A stretch of 64,000 nt of DNA from Pristiophorus japonicus. Its lineage: Eukaryota. The stretch is taken from contig NC_091986.1 of assembly GCF_044704955.1 (NCBI RefSeq), positions 187,922,001-187,986,000 of the forward strand. The letters are read 5' to 3'. Shown piece after piece: positions 12,102 to 24,238 of the stretch. The notes beneath the pieces were generated by a model. It did not search any database, was not told where the DNA came from, and worked only from the letters and a program-made list of their open reading frames with translations. A program made the position numbers and the translations under genes. Within the stretch, counting starts at the first letter, position 1, and each line of letters begins with the position of its first letter.

Positions 12102-13024
12102 CTGTCTTTAACTCGCACTTTTTTCCTTGCTATCCTTTTTTTTCATACTGTCTCCCTCTTTTATTTCTATTTTCCTCTGTCTCTCCGATTCGATCCTGCC
12201 TTACTTTCTCCTTCCTCACTTCTTCCCTCGTTCAGGCCCTGTGACAGCAGAGGTACTCTTAGACTGCTGAGAACTAAGAAGTGTCTCTGGGTTGGGCATT
12301 TTTAGTCAGCTTCTTTGGGCCGCACATGACGGGATCTTTGGACCCATGATTCAGTCATCCATATTAACTCTGTCCCCCACTCTTCCTCTGCTGCAGGCCG
12401 AACAAGGGCTCAGGCTGCCAAGGCAGCTGGCTGCTGAAATTTTAAGCAGGACAGGCTGAGGATTCCCTTAATCCTGAGCCAAGAAAGGAATACTGTGGAC
12501 TGCGAAACACGTCTTTCGCGGTTGGCAGTTCTGCTCTCTGGGATCGACACTTTTTAAACTTTGCTGGTAACTTTTTTGGGGCCTAGCATATCCCTTCTGG
12601 GAAGAAATCTGTTGGCCTGTCAGACTCCTTGGGATTCCATCACAAACGCAAGTTTGAAAACCTCTGAATGATTACACATTATACTTTATATTATATAATA
12701 TATACAGTGTCTCATAATAATCTTGTGAAGCACCTTGGAACGTTTCACTACGTTAAAGGTGCTATATAAATACAAGTTGTTGTTTAATGCCACACACCAA
12801 TACATTGCATTATATGTTATATCACACAGCATACCAGTACATTATATATTATGTAATATATTCTATAATATATATCATATTGTGCATTATGCCTTACAAT
12901 ATAAATGATGCTATCTGCCACGAACTATGCAATTCACTACACGTAATATTACATAATGCATATTACACTATAGATACTTGGTTGAATCAGTGATCTTGCA
13001 CTCCCAGCACAGGTGTGCAAGTTG

Positions 13025-14711
13025 GAACCTTCCGGATATAAAAGGGGTCAGAGGGTCTAGTAAGGTGGAGGAACTGAGGGAAATCTTTATTAGTCGGGAA
13101 ATTGTGTTGCGGAAATTGATGGGATTGAAGGCCGATAAATCCCCAGGGCCTGATGGATTGCATCCCAGAGTACTTAAGGAGGTGGCCTTGGAAATAGCGG
13201 ATGCATTGACAGTCATTTTCCAACATTCCATAGACTCTGGATCAGTTCCTATCGAGTGGAGGGTAGCCAATGTAACCCCACTTTTTAAAAAAGGAGAGAG
13301 AGAGAAAACAGGGAATTATAGACCGGTCAGCCTGACCTCAGTAGTGGATAAAATGATGGAATCAATTATTAAGGATGTCAAAGCAGCGCATTTGGAAAAT
13401 GGTGACATGATAGGTCCAAGGGAATTGTGAAAGGGAAATCATGCTTGACAAATCTTCTGGAATTTTTTGAGGATGTTTCCAGTAAAGTGGACAAAGGAGA
13501 ACCAGTTGATGTGGTATATTTGGACTTTCAGAAGGCTTTCGACAAGGTCCCACACAAGAGATTAATGTGCAAAGTTAAAGCACATGGGATTGGGGGTAGT
13601 GTGCTGACGTGGATTGAGAACTGGTTGTCAGACAGGAAGCAAAGAGTAGGAGTAAATCGGTACTTTTCAGAATGGCAGGCAGTGACTAGTGGGGTACCGC
13701 AAGGTTCTGTGCTGGGGCCCCAGCTGTTTACATTGTACATTAATGATTTAGACGAGGGGATTAAATGTAGTATCTCCAAATTTGCGGATGACACTAAGTT
13801 GGGTGGCAGTGTGAGCTGCGAGGAGGATGCTATGAGGCTGCAGAGTGACTTGGATAGGTTAGGTGAGTGGGCAAATGAATGGCAGATGAAGTATAATGTG
13901 GATAAATGTGAAGTTATCCACTTTGGTGGTAAAAACAGAGAGACAGACTATTATCTGAATGGTGACAGATTAGGAAAAGGGAAGGTGCAACGAGACCTGG
14001 GTGTCATGGTACATCAGTCATTGAAGGTTGGCATGCAGGTACAGCAGGCGGTTAAGAAAGCAAATGGCATGTTGGCCTTCATAGCGAGGGGATTTGAGTA
14101 CAGGGGCAGGGAGGTGTTGCCACAGTTGTACAGGGCCTTGGTGAGGCCACACCTGGAGTATTGTGTACAGTTTTGGTCTCCTAACTTGAGGAAGGACATT
14201 CTTGCTATTGAGGGAGTGCAGCGAAGATTCACCAGACTGATTCCCGGGATGGTGGGACTGACCTATCAAGAAAGACTGGATCAACTGGGCTTGTATTCAC
14301 TGGAGTTCAGAAGAATGAGAGGGGACCTCATAGAAACGTTTAAAATTCTGACGGGTTTAGACAGGTTAGATGCAGGAAGAATGTTCCCAATGTTGGGAAG
14401 TCCAGAACCAGGGGTCACAGTCTAAGGATAAGGGGTAAGCCATTTAGGACCGAGATGAGGAGAAACTTCTTCACCCAGAGAGTGGTGAACCTGTGGAATT
14501 CTCTACCACAGAAAGTAGTTGAGGCCAATTCACTAAATATATTCAAAAGGGAGTTAGATGAAGTCCTTACTACTCGGGGGATCAAGGGGTATGGCGAGAA
14601 AGCAGGAAGGGGGTACTGAAGTTTCATGTTCAGCCATGAACTCATTGAATGGCGGTGCAGGCTAGAAGGGCTGAATGGCCTGCTCCTGCACCTATTTTCT
14701 ATGTTTCTATG
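13025..14711 (+). mobile_element. CR1 LINE, young, 5'-truncated; RT ORF largely open (13427-14425)
   Basis: [45 protein letters not shown]; tail ttctatgtttctatg. Confidence 0.95.
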
Positions 14712-15212
14712 TAAACTTCCATAAACTTGAACTCATCCAAAACTTGGCTGCCTGTATGCTAACTCGCACCAAGTCCCGTTCACCCATCACCCCTGTGCTC
14801 GCTGACCTACATTGGCTCCCGGTCCGGCAACATCTCAATTTTAAAATTCTCATCCTTGTTTTCAAAGCCTTCCACCTCCTCCAGCCCCAAAACCCTCCGA
14901 GATCTCTGCGCTCCTCCAATCCTGGCATCTTGCGCATCCCTGATTTTAATCGCTCCACCATTGGTGGCCGCGCCTTCAGTTGCCTAGGCCCCAAGCTCTG
15001 GAATTCCACCACTAAAGCACTCCGCCTCTCTACCTCTCTTTCCTCCTTTAAGATGCTCCTTAAAACCTACCTCTTTGACTAAGCTTTTGGTCACCTGCCC
15101 TCATACGTCATTATGTGACTCAGTGTCAAAAATGTTTGTTAACGCTTCTGTGAAGGACCTTGGGACGTTTTACTATATTAATAACCATAAATAAATGCAA
15201 GTTGTTGGTTAT
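14712..15212 (+). mobile_element. L2-clade LINE 3' end
   Basis: KLELIQNLAACMLTRTK...ITPVLADLHWLPV...AFSCLGPKLWNS...FKMLLKTYLF; tail aaatgcaagttgttg. Confidence 0.85.
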
Positions 15213-15842
15213 AACACATGTGCCGAATCTCCACCTGGTGCTACCACTAAGGTTCCAGGACATATGAAAATCAATAAAATCTGTTTTACTTGTTAAATTC
15301 AAGATCAACTTCCAAGATGAATAATTCTGATTGTCCCTATTTCTTCAGGTTGTATTCCTTAACACTCCCAACATATTTCCATCATTTTGCCACGTAGACA
15401 GACTTATTACCTCATTTCGCTGCCCAGTTCAAACAATGGAGAGTGGTTTAATCTCTATTGGTCGTGACAGAAAATGTCCTCTCTATTGTATTTGGAGCAA
15501 ATAAAGTCAAATATAAAGAACATTTTCATAGTTTCCATGCAAATAGCAAACATTTATTTACAAATTTCTCAAAGTTAGTTAATAAGAAAGTGGTTCTGAA
15601 TTTGTCAACAAAAAATGTCTACGGTTCTAAGCTTGATTCGCAGTCTGCACTGGGTTCGCTGGTCTCGGGCATTGCAGAGTTGGGATGCAATGATTGACAT
15701 CAGCTTCCCAGGTATCTCCAGGAGTTGACCATCTCATTGTTTTCCTGTCGTAGCTTCAGATTGTTTGAGACACTGCACTTGTGCCAAGAAACATTAAAAC
15801 TGCGCAATAACTATAACCAGGCAGCACACGAGGATCAGAATT

Positions 15843-16950
15843 TAGAAAGAAAGATTTGCATTTATATAGCACCTTTCTATAGCACAACATGCAAATGGCA
15901 TGTTGGCCTTCATAGCGAGTTGATTTGAATACAGGGGCAGGGAGGTGTTGCTACAGTTGTACAGGGCCTTGGTGAGGCCACACCTGGAGTATTGTGTACA
16001 GTTTTGGTCTCCTAACTTGAGGAAGGACATTCTTGCTATTGAGGGAGTGCAGCGAAGATTCACCAGACTGATTCCCGGGATGGCGGGACTGACCTATCAA
16101 GAAAGACTGGATCAACTGGGCTTGTATTCACTGGAGTTCAGAAGAATGAGAGGGGACCTCATAGAAACGTTTAAAATTCTGACGGGTTTAGACAGGTTAG
16201 ATGCAGGAAGAATGTTCCCAATGTTGGGGAAGTCCAGAACCAGGAGTCACAGTCTGAGGATAAGGGGTAAGCCATTTAGGACCGAGATGAGGAGAAACTT
16301 CTTCACCCAGAGAGTGGTGAACCTGTGGAATTCTCTACCACAGAAAGTAGTTGAGGCCAATTCACTAAATATATTCAAAAGGGAGTTAGATGAAGTCCTT
16401 ACTACTCGGGGGATCAAGGGTTATGGCGAGAAAGCAGGAAGGGGGTACTGAAGTTTCATGTTCAGCCATGAACTCATTGAATGGCGGTGCAGGCTAGAAG
16501 GGCTGAATGGCCTGCTCCTGCACCTATTTTCTATGTTTCTATGTTCGCAACCACTGGACATCTCAAAGTGCTTTACAGCCAATTAGGTACTTTTTGCAGT
16601 GTAGTCACTGTTGTAATGTGGGAAATGCGGCAGCCAGTTTGCACACAGCAAGCTCCCACAAACAGCAACGTGATCATGACCAGATAATCTGTTTTTGTGA
16701 CGTTGGTTGAGGGATAAATATTGGCCCGGACACCGGAGATAACTCCCCTATTCTTCTTCAAAATAGTTCCATGGGATCTTTTACGTCCACTGGGGAGAGT
16801 AGACAGGTCCTTGATTTAATGTCTCATCCGAAAGATGGTACCTCCGACGGTGCAGCCCTCCCTCAGTACTACACCGGAGTGTCAGCCTAGATTTATGTGC
16901 TCAAGTCCCTGGAGTGGGATTCGAACCCACAACCTCCCGACTCAGAAGTG
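15843..16950 (-). mobile_element. SacSINE1-like SINE split by a CR1 insertion
   Basis: Tail gatttgcatttatatagcacc at about 15853; the body resumes at about 16547 and runs to the B-box gggattcgaaccc at about 16916. Confidence 0.8.
15891..16544 (+). mobile_element. CR1 3' fragment, same young subfamily as 13025-14711
   Basis: ORF 15945-16451 [19 protein letters not shown]...; nearly identical to about 14060-14711. Confidence 0.93.
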
Positions 16951-17043
16951 ATTGCAATCGGCGTCAGTCAAGCATGTTTCACGGGTTTGCTGAGTGCTGC
17001 AACAACATTATAAATGCTGAAAACTGTCGACCATCAGCTGCTT

Positions 17044-17422
17044 TGATCTTATCGAAACATATAAGATAATGAGGGGGCTCGACAAGGTGGATGCAGAGAG
17101 AATATTTCCACTCATCGGGAAACTAAAACTAGAGGACATAGTCTCAGAATAAGGGGCCGCCCATTTAAAACTGAGATGAGGAGGAATTTCTTCTCTCAGA
17201 GGGTTGTAAATCTGTGGAATTCTCTGCCCCAGAGAGATGTGGAGTCTGGGTCATTGAATATATTTAAGGCGGAGATAGACAGATTTTTGAGCGATAAGGG
17301 AATAAAGGGTTATGGGGAACGGGCAGAGTCCATGATCAGATCAGCCATAATCTCATTAAATGACAGAACAGGCTTGAGGGGCCAAATGGCCTACTCCTGC
17401 TCCTAATTCTTATGTTCTCGTG
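17044..17422 (+). mobile_element. CR1 3' fragment
   Basis: MRRNFFSQRVVNLWNSLP; tail ttcttatgttc. Confidence 0.88.
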
Positions 17423-17551
17423 TTTTTACTTCTCAAAGAGGTAGAAAAACAGACTCTGATTCTAGGCAATTCCAGTGTATAATGTTAACTGATTTACTGA
17501 TCATGTTTACTGCTGCTGATTAATAACTGGTTTAATATTTCTCTCTGACAG

Positions 17552-17734
17552 GGATACATGAGGCCTCTGAAGCAGCCGGAAAATTCATGTATCTGTGACC
17601 TGGCCCTTGTGGATGATATGTTTTTCCAGATTCCGGAAATCCTGGAGCATCATGAGAAGTTTCTAGAACAAGCTCACCAGTGTGTCCAAAACTGGCATGA
17701 GAAACAGAAAGTGGGCGACCTGATGATTGAAACA
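17552..17734 (+). CDS. ARHGEF17: Internal coding exon of an ARHGEF17-like Rho guanine nucleotide exchange factor (DH domain segment)
   Basis: Acceptor tttctctctgacAG|, donor |GTGAGT, 183 nt, phase 0/0, no stops. It encodes GYMRPLKQPENSCICDLALVDDMFFQIPEILEHHEKFLEQAHQCVQNWHEKQKVGDLMIET, closely resembling the human ARHGEF17 DH segment as I recall it (GYMQPLKQPENS..CDPSLVDEIFDQIPELLEHHEQFLEQV..C...WH..QKVG). Ortholog versus paralog is not resolved. Confidence 0.88.
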
Positions 17735-18355
17735 GTGAGTACCGCACAAACGTACACCCCTTCCAAATAAAGGCCAAGTTTGCACTGAGCTGGAGTGGGG
17801 TTGGAAGGAGCTGAGTTTTGGCTGGCTGAAACGCAGTTCGCTTTATGTATTCCTGCAGCTGTTTCTCCTTCACAAAGCAAATCTCCAACAACCTCCAGCT
17901 GATTTCAGGGCAGTCTTGGAGAGCAGTGCATGTTACATGTGCAGTTCATTTAATCAAAGTACGTTGCTCTTCGTATGACACCACTGAGAATATTTCAACA
18001 ATGAGGGTCAACCAGTACTGGTTACAATATTGGCGCCAGCACAGGAGTACATCAATATTATTGTTGTCGGTCACATTGAGCTTGTTTGTCCAATTCAACT
18101 GTGATGGTTTCGCTGGCCGAGACATGCTCCTGTGTCTAAACTGCACTCTTCACAGTGTAGGTCCTGGAAGCTGAACGTTTACTGCATAGTACAGTGAGGC
18201 AGCGTGCCGTAAGCATTTCAAAACACAGTGGACCAAGAATCAACAAGTTTCAGAAAAAGGTGGCCTTGATTACATTTTAGACCGAATGCAAGATTCAAAG
18301 TAGTGGTACAACAACAACAACTTGCATTGATATAGCGCCTTAAATGCAGTAAAAC

Positions 18356-18640
18356 GTTCTGGTCGCCATACTACAACAGGGATGTGGAGGCACTGGAGAG
18401 GGTGCAGAGAAGATTCACAAGGATGATACCAGAAATATGAGGGTATACATATCAGGAAAGGATGAACAGGCTAGGTCTCTTTTCTCTTGAAAAAAGAAGA
18501 CTGAGGGGTGACCCAACAGAGGTCTTTAGGATTATGAAATATTTTGATAGAGTAGATACAGAGAGAATGTTTCCACTTGTGGGGAAGAGCATAACTAGAG
18601 GCCATCAATATAAGATAGTCACCAAGAAATCCAATAGGGA
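18356..18640 (+). mobile_element. CR1 internal RT fragment
   Basis: LGLFSLEKRRLRGD; preceded by a short L2-type tail fragment (acaacaacttgcatt) on the minus strand. Confidence 0.8.
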
Positions 18641-19903
18641 ATTATCAGTGCCCCCATTGTGGAATCAGGCTACCCCATCATGCAGTTAGTGAAATGCGGC
18701 ATATATTTTACAACTTACAAAATTGTTGCTGTTGAAAAACATTAAAAAGCAGCATGTGAGTAATTGGTAGTGTGTTACAGGCTACAACATCACCTCAGGG
18801 TTTACATGACTGTATAAATCACCCCAGTTTTGTTCAGGTTTATGTCATTATTTGAACACCTCGATCATGTTAACAATCTTTGTATAACACTCTAGACTGT
18901 ACGTATTATTTTGTATTACAAGAAGCCCGATGCCTAGAGTGGCTGTACCTCTCCTGTCCCTGTCCTTACAGCAGGTCAGGGAGAGTAAATGTGTTTCCAT
19001 GTGTTGTCTTGGAAAAATAGCTAAGATAGTGGCCTTCGTTGGAAGTAAAATCTGAATCAGATACTGGTTTCCTTTGTTCCTTTTCGTCCTCTAGTGAATA
19101 CCGATCGGAGTCTGTTCCTGGAGACAGAGTATTCCTTTAATAATTCAAAAAAAGATCGATGTCCCTTGAATTTATGTTTCTGAAGGAGGTACATGGCTTG
19201 GATCACTGATATTCTTTTCAGGTGTTGGTCTTGTGAAGAAAAATCCTTCAGAATCCCCTCTGCTATTGCCGTGGAAGAGTCTCCTGTGGAAATCCTTTGA
19301 CTGCCAAAGGCAGAGTTGTCAACCATGGCCACAGACACAGTGGAGTTACAGCTATCCTCGGTGAAAATGAGGTTAATTATTGCCACTTACTAGTATTACT
19401 AGTCAATCTCCTGGGCAGATAAGACATAGTGCAGTCTTCAGGTGAAGCAGTGTTAGAAGGCAGGGGACATTTGGACCAGCGCACACAGATGTCGTTCCGT
19501 ACCCATTTTAAAGTCACACATTCTATTCTATCATATTTTTTCCCCCCCTATATAAATCCCCATGTCCATATTTATAATGGGAAATGCCTATGTAAACTTG
19601 TCATGCTGTAATTACACTCTCCCGCCAGGGTTGGTGCTCCAGCATGCCAGGTTCACATAGGCAGTTTACATTGCAAATGTGATGACAGGAATTTATAATG
19701 GAAAAAGGGGACAGGATGTGCATGCAGCTGCACGATTTTTAATACACTATATAGATATATTTGTGAAAGCATTGCTCTGCTTCTCGTTAGTTCCCTCAAA
19801 GAGTGGTTCTATATTACTGTAAGCAGGGAGAAGAGACAGACTGTGGAGGACTCAGTTGCACATTCTGGATCAACATTTCTTTGATTTGCAGTCGTCTTCT
19901 CTT

Positions 19904-20222
19904 CTTAGACAGTCCCCTGGAGTCGAGGATGACTTGCTCCCACACTAAATTGAGCTCTAAGGTGACTGATGAGACCAATGCGGGTTCTAGTCTGTGTCAC
20001 AGGTGGGGCAGACGGTGGTTGGAGGGACGGGTGGGTGACGTGCTCGGCTTGTCGTGCGCTCCTTCCGCTGTTTGTGCTTGGCTTCCACGTGCTCCCGACG
20101 AAGAACTCGAGGTGTGTGGCACCTTCTGGAATGGTTCTCCTCCGCTTTGAGCGGTCTTGGGCCAGGGATTCCCAAGAGTCGGTGTGGATGTTACATTTTT
20201 TCAAGGAGGCTTTGAGGGTGTC
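19904..20222 (-). mobile_element. RTE LINE 3' fragment
   Basis: DTLKASLKKCNIHTDSWESLAQDRSK...; homologous to 58149-58480. Confidence 0.85.
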
Positions 20223-20821
20223 AAATCCAATTTGCATCGTTGTTCCTTGCTGCTGCATTACCCCAATGGTTGTGGAAGAACTGCAGATTTGTGACTGCAA
20301 AACTACATTGCTGATCTGAACAGGTAGCAGCCTCTGCCTTAAGAGGGAGTATTTATATATACCCACTGCCACAGGACTGCCTCTGGAGATACTGGTGAAA
20401 AACGCCTCTTTTAAGTGAGTATTAGTATTTCTAGTGGCAGCGCTTCTGCAGAATTCCCTTTAGAACCCTGCCTCCAGGTTTGAGATTGCAATTGTTGCCA
20501 ACGCCATCAAATAAAATGGCTGGAAGCTGTGTGGGAGCAGACCCAAGTCGACACACTCTGATTTTTCTTTCCTTTTCTGATGTGCCAGAATATGTGGAAT
20601 TCGTCATTTGCATATTCAAGGGCCTAGAGCCATATCTGGCTCTGTGACATTTATTGTTGATTAAATTAGATTTATATGTTTTGGGTCCTCCCTGCTATGG
20701 CTTCTGCATGTTTAACCACTCAATGATTGGTGTGTTGGGTAGGGTATGCTGCTGCAGCATTGATTCTGCCAGGTGTTTTTTTTTTAACACCCCTTCAAGC
20801 TAAGATTAACTGTTCTAATAC

Positions 20822-21328
20822 TACTGTTTGTGGGACTTTGCTATGCACAAATTGGCTGTCGTGTGTCCCACATTACAACAGTGACTACACTTTTAAAGTA
20901 CAGGTTGAACCTCCCTTATCTGGAACCCTCGGGACCTGGCCTGTTCTGGATAAGGGATTTTTCCGGACGAGGGGTGGTCACGTTAAATTGGATGGTACAA
21001 GTACTGAGCAAGGGGATATCGGCGCTAGCTGGCTTGGGGCTGGGAGTGCAGCAGAGAGATCATGGGAGGTGGTGGGGGGGGGTTGGGTGCAGTGGATCGC
21101 GAGGTCAGGCCAACGATTGCGGGAGTTGGCAGCAAGGAAGGACTTCAATTTGTTCATGTCAGAGTTCTGCACATGTGCCACCCGGTGGCCGGGAATGGTT
21201 CTGGACGAGGGGTGGTTCTGGATAAGGGAGTTCTGGATAAGGAAGGTTCAACCTGTACTTAGTTGGATGTAAAGTGCTTTTGGACATCCTGAGGTTATGA
21301 AAGGCGCTTTATAATTGCCAGTTCTTTC
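20822..21328 (+). mobile_element. SacSINE1-like 3' fragment interrupted by a Tigger-like MITE
   Basis: ctgtttgtggga...attacaacagtgactacac before the MITE; cttagttggatgtaaagtgctttt...aaaggcgct after it. Confidence 0.7.
20901..21255. mobile_element. Tc1/mariner (Tigger/pogo-like) MITE
   Basis: TA|caggttgaacct...aggttcaacctg|TA: perfect 12-bp TIR, TA TSD, subterminal ttctggataagg repeats. Confidence 0.88.
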
Positions 21329-21639
21329 TACCCTTCAAATGGAGGGATGCTAGACAGGTGCTCTGTACCCACCTGTCAGTATCCGCACATCTGTGTCTGC
21401 AAACGGAGGTGAGCATACCTCACTTTGGCAAACAGTTAGTCCATGCAGGTCCCCCTCTTGCCAAAAGAAACTGGAACAACGGATCCGGTGCCCCGCTCGG
21501 ATATATATAACAGAGCAGGTGGTGTGTTGAAGCATCAATGCATGGCACTACAGTATAATGGGGTCTAAATTGGTGGCCACAGCCCTCTACGCTGCTGATT
21601 ACATAATCTCAGTTCTGTCACTGTGGAGAAATGATTCGT

Positions 21640-22048
21640 AGACTTGCATTTATATAGCGCTTTTCATGACCACCGGACATCTCAAAGTGCTTTACAGCCA
21701 GTGACATAATTTTGAAGTGTAGTCATTGTTGTAATGTGGGAAACGCGACAGCCAATTTGCGCACAGCAAACTTCCACAAACATCAATGTGATAATGAGCA
21801 GATAATCTATTTTTGTCAATTTGATTGAGGGATAAATATTGGCCAGGCCACCGGGGATAACTCCCCTGCTCGTCTTCGAAATAGTGCCATGGGATCTTTT
21901 ATGTCCACCTGAGAGAGCAGACGGGGGCCTCGGTTTAACGTCTCATCCGAAAGACGGCACCTCCAACAGTGCAGCGCTCCCTCAGTACTGCACTGGAGTG
22001 TCAGCCTAGATTTTTTTTTATGTGCTCAAGTTCCTGGAGTGGGGCTGA
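21640..22048 (-). mobile_element. SacSINE1-like SINE
   Basis: gacttgcatttatatagcgc...aatagtgccatgggatctttt...gtgtcagcctaga. Confidence 0.85.
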
Positions 22049-23135
22049 ATGGAGCAGAATATCAGACGCTGTGTATAACGGGCGGCCATTCCGCTACTGC
22101 CAAGGACTAATTTCTAGGTCTAGATACTTGTCATATGGCTGTTCACAGCACAGTTTGAGGATCAATTCCTCCAAAATGTCAAGGAGGATTGGTCAAACAG
22201 GGTTCTCCCCTTCAGAATTCATGTTGACTGCTGTTTACTAGGTATCCTGTCAGAATAATTTCTCCAACCTGCTGGCACTGCAACATTGCTGAGCCAGTAA
22301 CACATCTCAGGTGGTAATCTTGTGCAAACACTTTTGTAAGTCCCTTCCCTTATAATGCTGTTACCCCTTCTCTACCAGTTAACTCTTTGCCAGGCCAGAT
22401 TATGCAGCATCCATCGTCAGCCTCCCACATCACGAAAGAGACTTTGAAGAAATATCGAACAAAAATAATTGTCTTTTAATGATCTTAACCTTGAGTATCG
22501 ATCGTACAAATACTCAGGACCGATCTATTTTGATAAATTCAGCCCGCGGCACAGAGTCTGATTATCAGGGCTGCATTTTTCACTTTGTTTCTGAGATTGG
22601 AATCTTTGTTTTGGGCGGAGGAGCAGGAGATTCAGGAGCACAGACGAGATGAAGCTATGCCCTGCCTTCTCAGCCAATCCTCAAACACCGAGGACCCGGC
22701 TTGGAATTCAGCCACCTTGTGGTGAGTTCATCAAAAAGAATTTAAACAATAACACTAAACCAGCACGAATTTTTAAAGTGCATGTTCCAGGACAAGCTAC
22801 AAGATGTTCCCATTCCAGTTAAAGTCGTGAGGTTATGAGGAAAATGTAGAGATTGTAAGATTGATCAAAATAGCTTTAATGGTATCTTGCTTATCTATCT
22901 GAGATGTGAAATTTGACAGCTTTGTGCAATTGATATGGAATCACATGTGGTCTGGTGCCCCACAGAACAACTGTAGAAGCTTATAGGACCACATGAGGCT
23001 CTTCATGGAGTGCTGGTGCGTGCTCCACATCAGACCTATCTATTCTAATCGTATTTCCCTGCTCCTTCCCATTATCTTTTAATAATCTAATTCCCTCTTG
23101 CATGTTGTCTTCACTAGCCACATATATAGATGGCA

Positions 23136-23615
23136 CTGGGCTGGGGGTGCTGGGCCAGGTCACCATGCTGCTAACCTTCCGCTCCCCGGCCTGCTCCGAT
23201 GATGCTGGCAGGCTGGCCCAGCGCCCCTGGCTGGGATCCACGCAGACTGCTGGGCCAGGCTGCCACACTGCTCCTTCTGCTCCCAGTTCAGGCCCCAGAA
23301 GAGGCGTGGGCCCAGGGACAGCATGGGCCAGCCCACACTACGATACGTATGCGCACTAGCTTCGTGCAGCAGAGCTGGTCTCCAGTCGTCTTGGGTAACC
23401 CTTGCCACTGGACCTAGCTCTGTCAAGCCCGTGTGGTGGCTGGTGTGCAACGGCCACCACACGTTAAAAAAATCCACGCACAGGCATCTTCCACCCTTCA
23501 AAATTTAGTTCGGGACCTGGAACATTAGGTCCTTCATTGAAACACCTGTGAACTTTTTGGCGTGGAAGCAAGTCAACCTCGATTCGAGGGACTGCCTATG
23601 ATGATGTTGGTGATG
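23136..23615 (+). mobile_element. Bipartite RTE-derived SINE with an inverted 5' segment
   Basis: 14-bp TSD atatatagatg(g/a)ca at 23122-23135 and 23616-23629; about 23290-23615 is colinear with 11710-12060. Confidence 0.82.
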
Positions 23616-24238
23616 ATATATAGATGACAACACTCAGTTACCTCTCTCAACCCCTCCCCTGCCTCTGATTTGTCACTCTGCGTTTAAACATCCAGTGCCG
23701 GATGAGCAGATTTTTCCTCGAATTAAATATTAGGAGGCCATTGTCTTTGGCCCCCGTCACAAACGTCGTTCTCTAGCCATCGACTCCATCGCTCTCCGTG
23801 GCCACTGTCTGAGGCTGAACCAGACTTTTCGCAACCTTGGTGATGTATCTGACCCTGAGCTTCTGACCCCATATCCTCTCCATCACCAAGACCACTTACT
23901 TCAACCTACGTAAAAATCCGCTTCTACCTCAGTTCATCTGCTGCTGAAACCCTCATCCTCGCCTTTGTTACCTCTAGACTTGACTATTCCAATGTGTGCC
24001 TGGCTGTCCTCCTAACCAAGTCCCGTTCACCCATCACCCCTGTGTTTACTGACCTACATTGGCTCCTGGTCCAGCAACACCTCGAATTAAAAAATCTCAT
24101 CCTTGTTTTCAAATCTCTCCATGGCCTTGTCCCTCCCTATCTCTGTAACCTCCTTTAGCCCCACAACTCTTCGAGATCTCTGTGCTGCTCCACTTCTAGC
24201 CTCTTGCGTGTCCACAATTTTAATCGGTTCACCATTGG

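Larger units (their letters stand above)
10217..12666. mobile_element. hAT (Charlie-like) non-autonomous element expanded by nested insertions
   Basis: Left end cagtggtttcaaactttt, right end aagtttgaaaacctctg; subterminal gggaccc motifs. No clear 8-bp TSD. Confidence 0.55.

Noticed and set aside
12787-12970. Tyr/Ile-rich ORF
   Set aside because: Degenerate AT-rich simple sequence.
13427-14425. 332-aa RT ORFs (also 59546-60544) as host genes or active LINEs
   Set aside because: They are fragments of 5'-truncated, frameshifted CR1 ORF2.
17735-17770. ORF continuation VSTAQTYTPSK after the exon
   Set aside because: Read-through past the GTGAGT donor; similarity to the GEF ends at the donor.
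19057-19386. 109-aa minus-strand ORF and acceptor-like sites at about 19093, 19221 and 43159
   Set aside because: No recognisable protein similarity; the candidate exons hit stops or lack donors and do not match the expected next ARHGEF17 segment.
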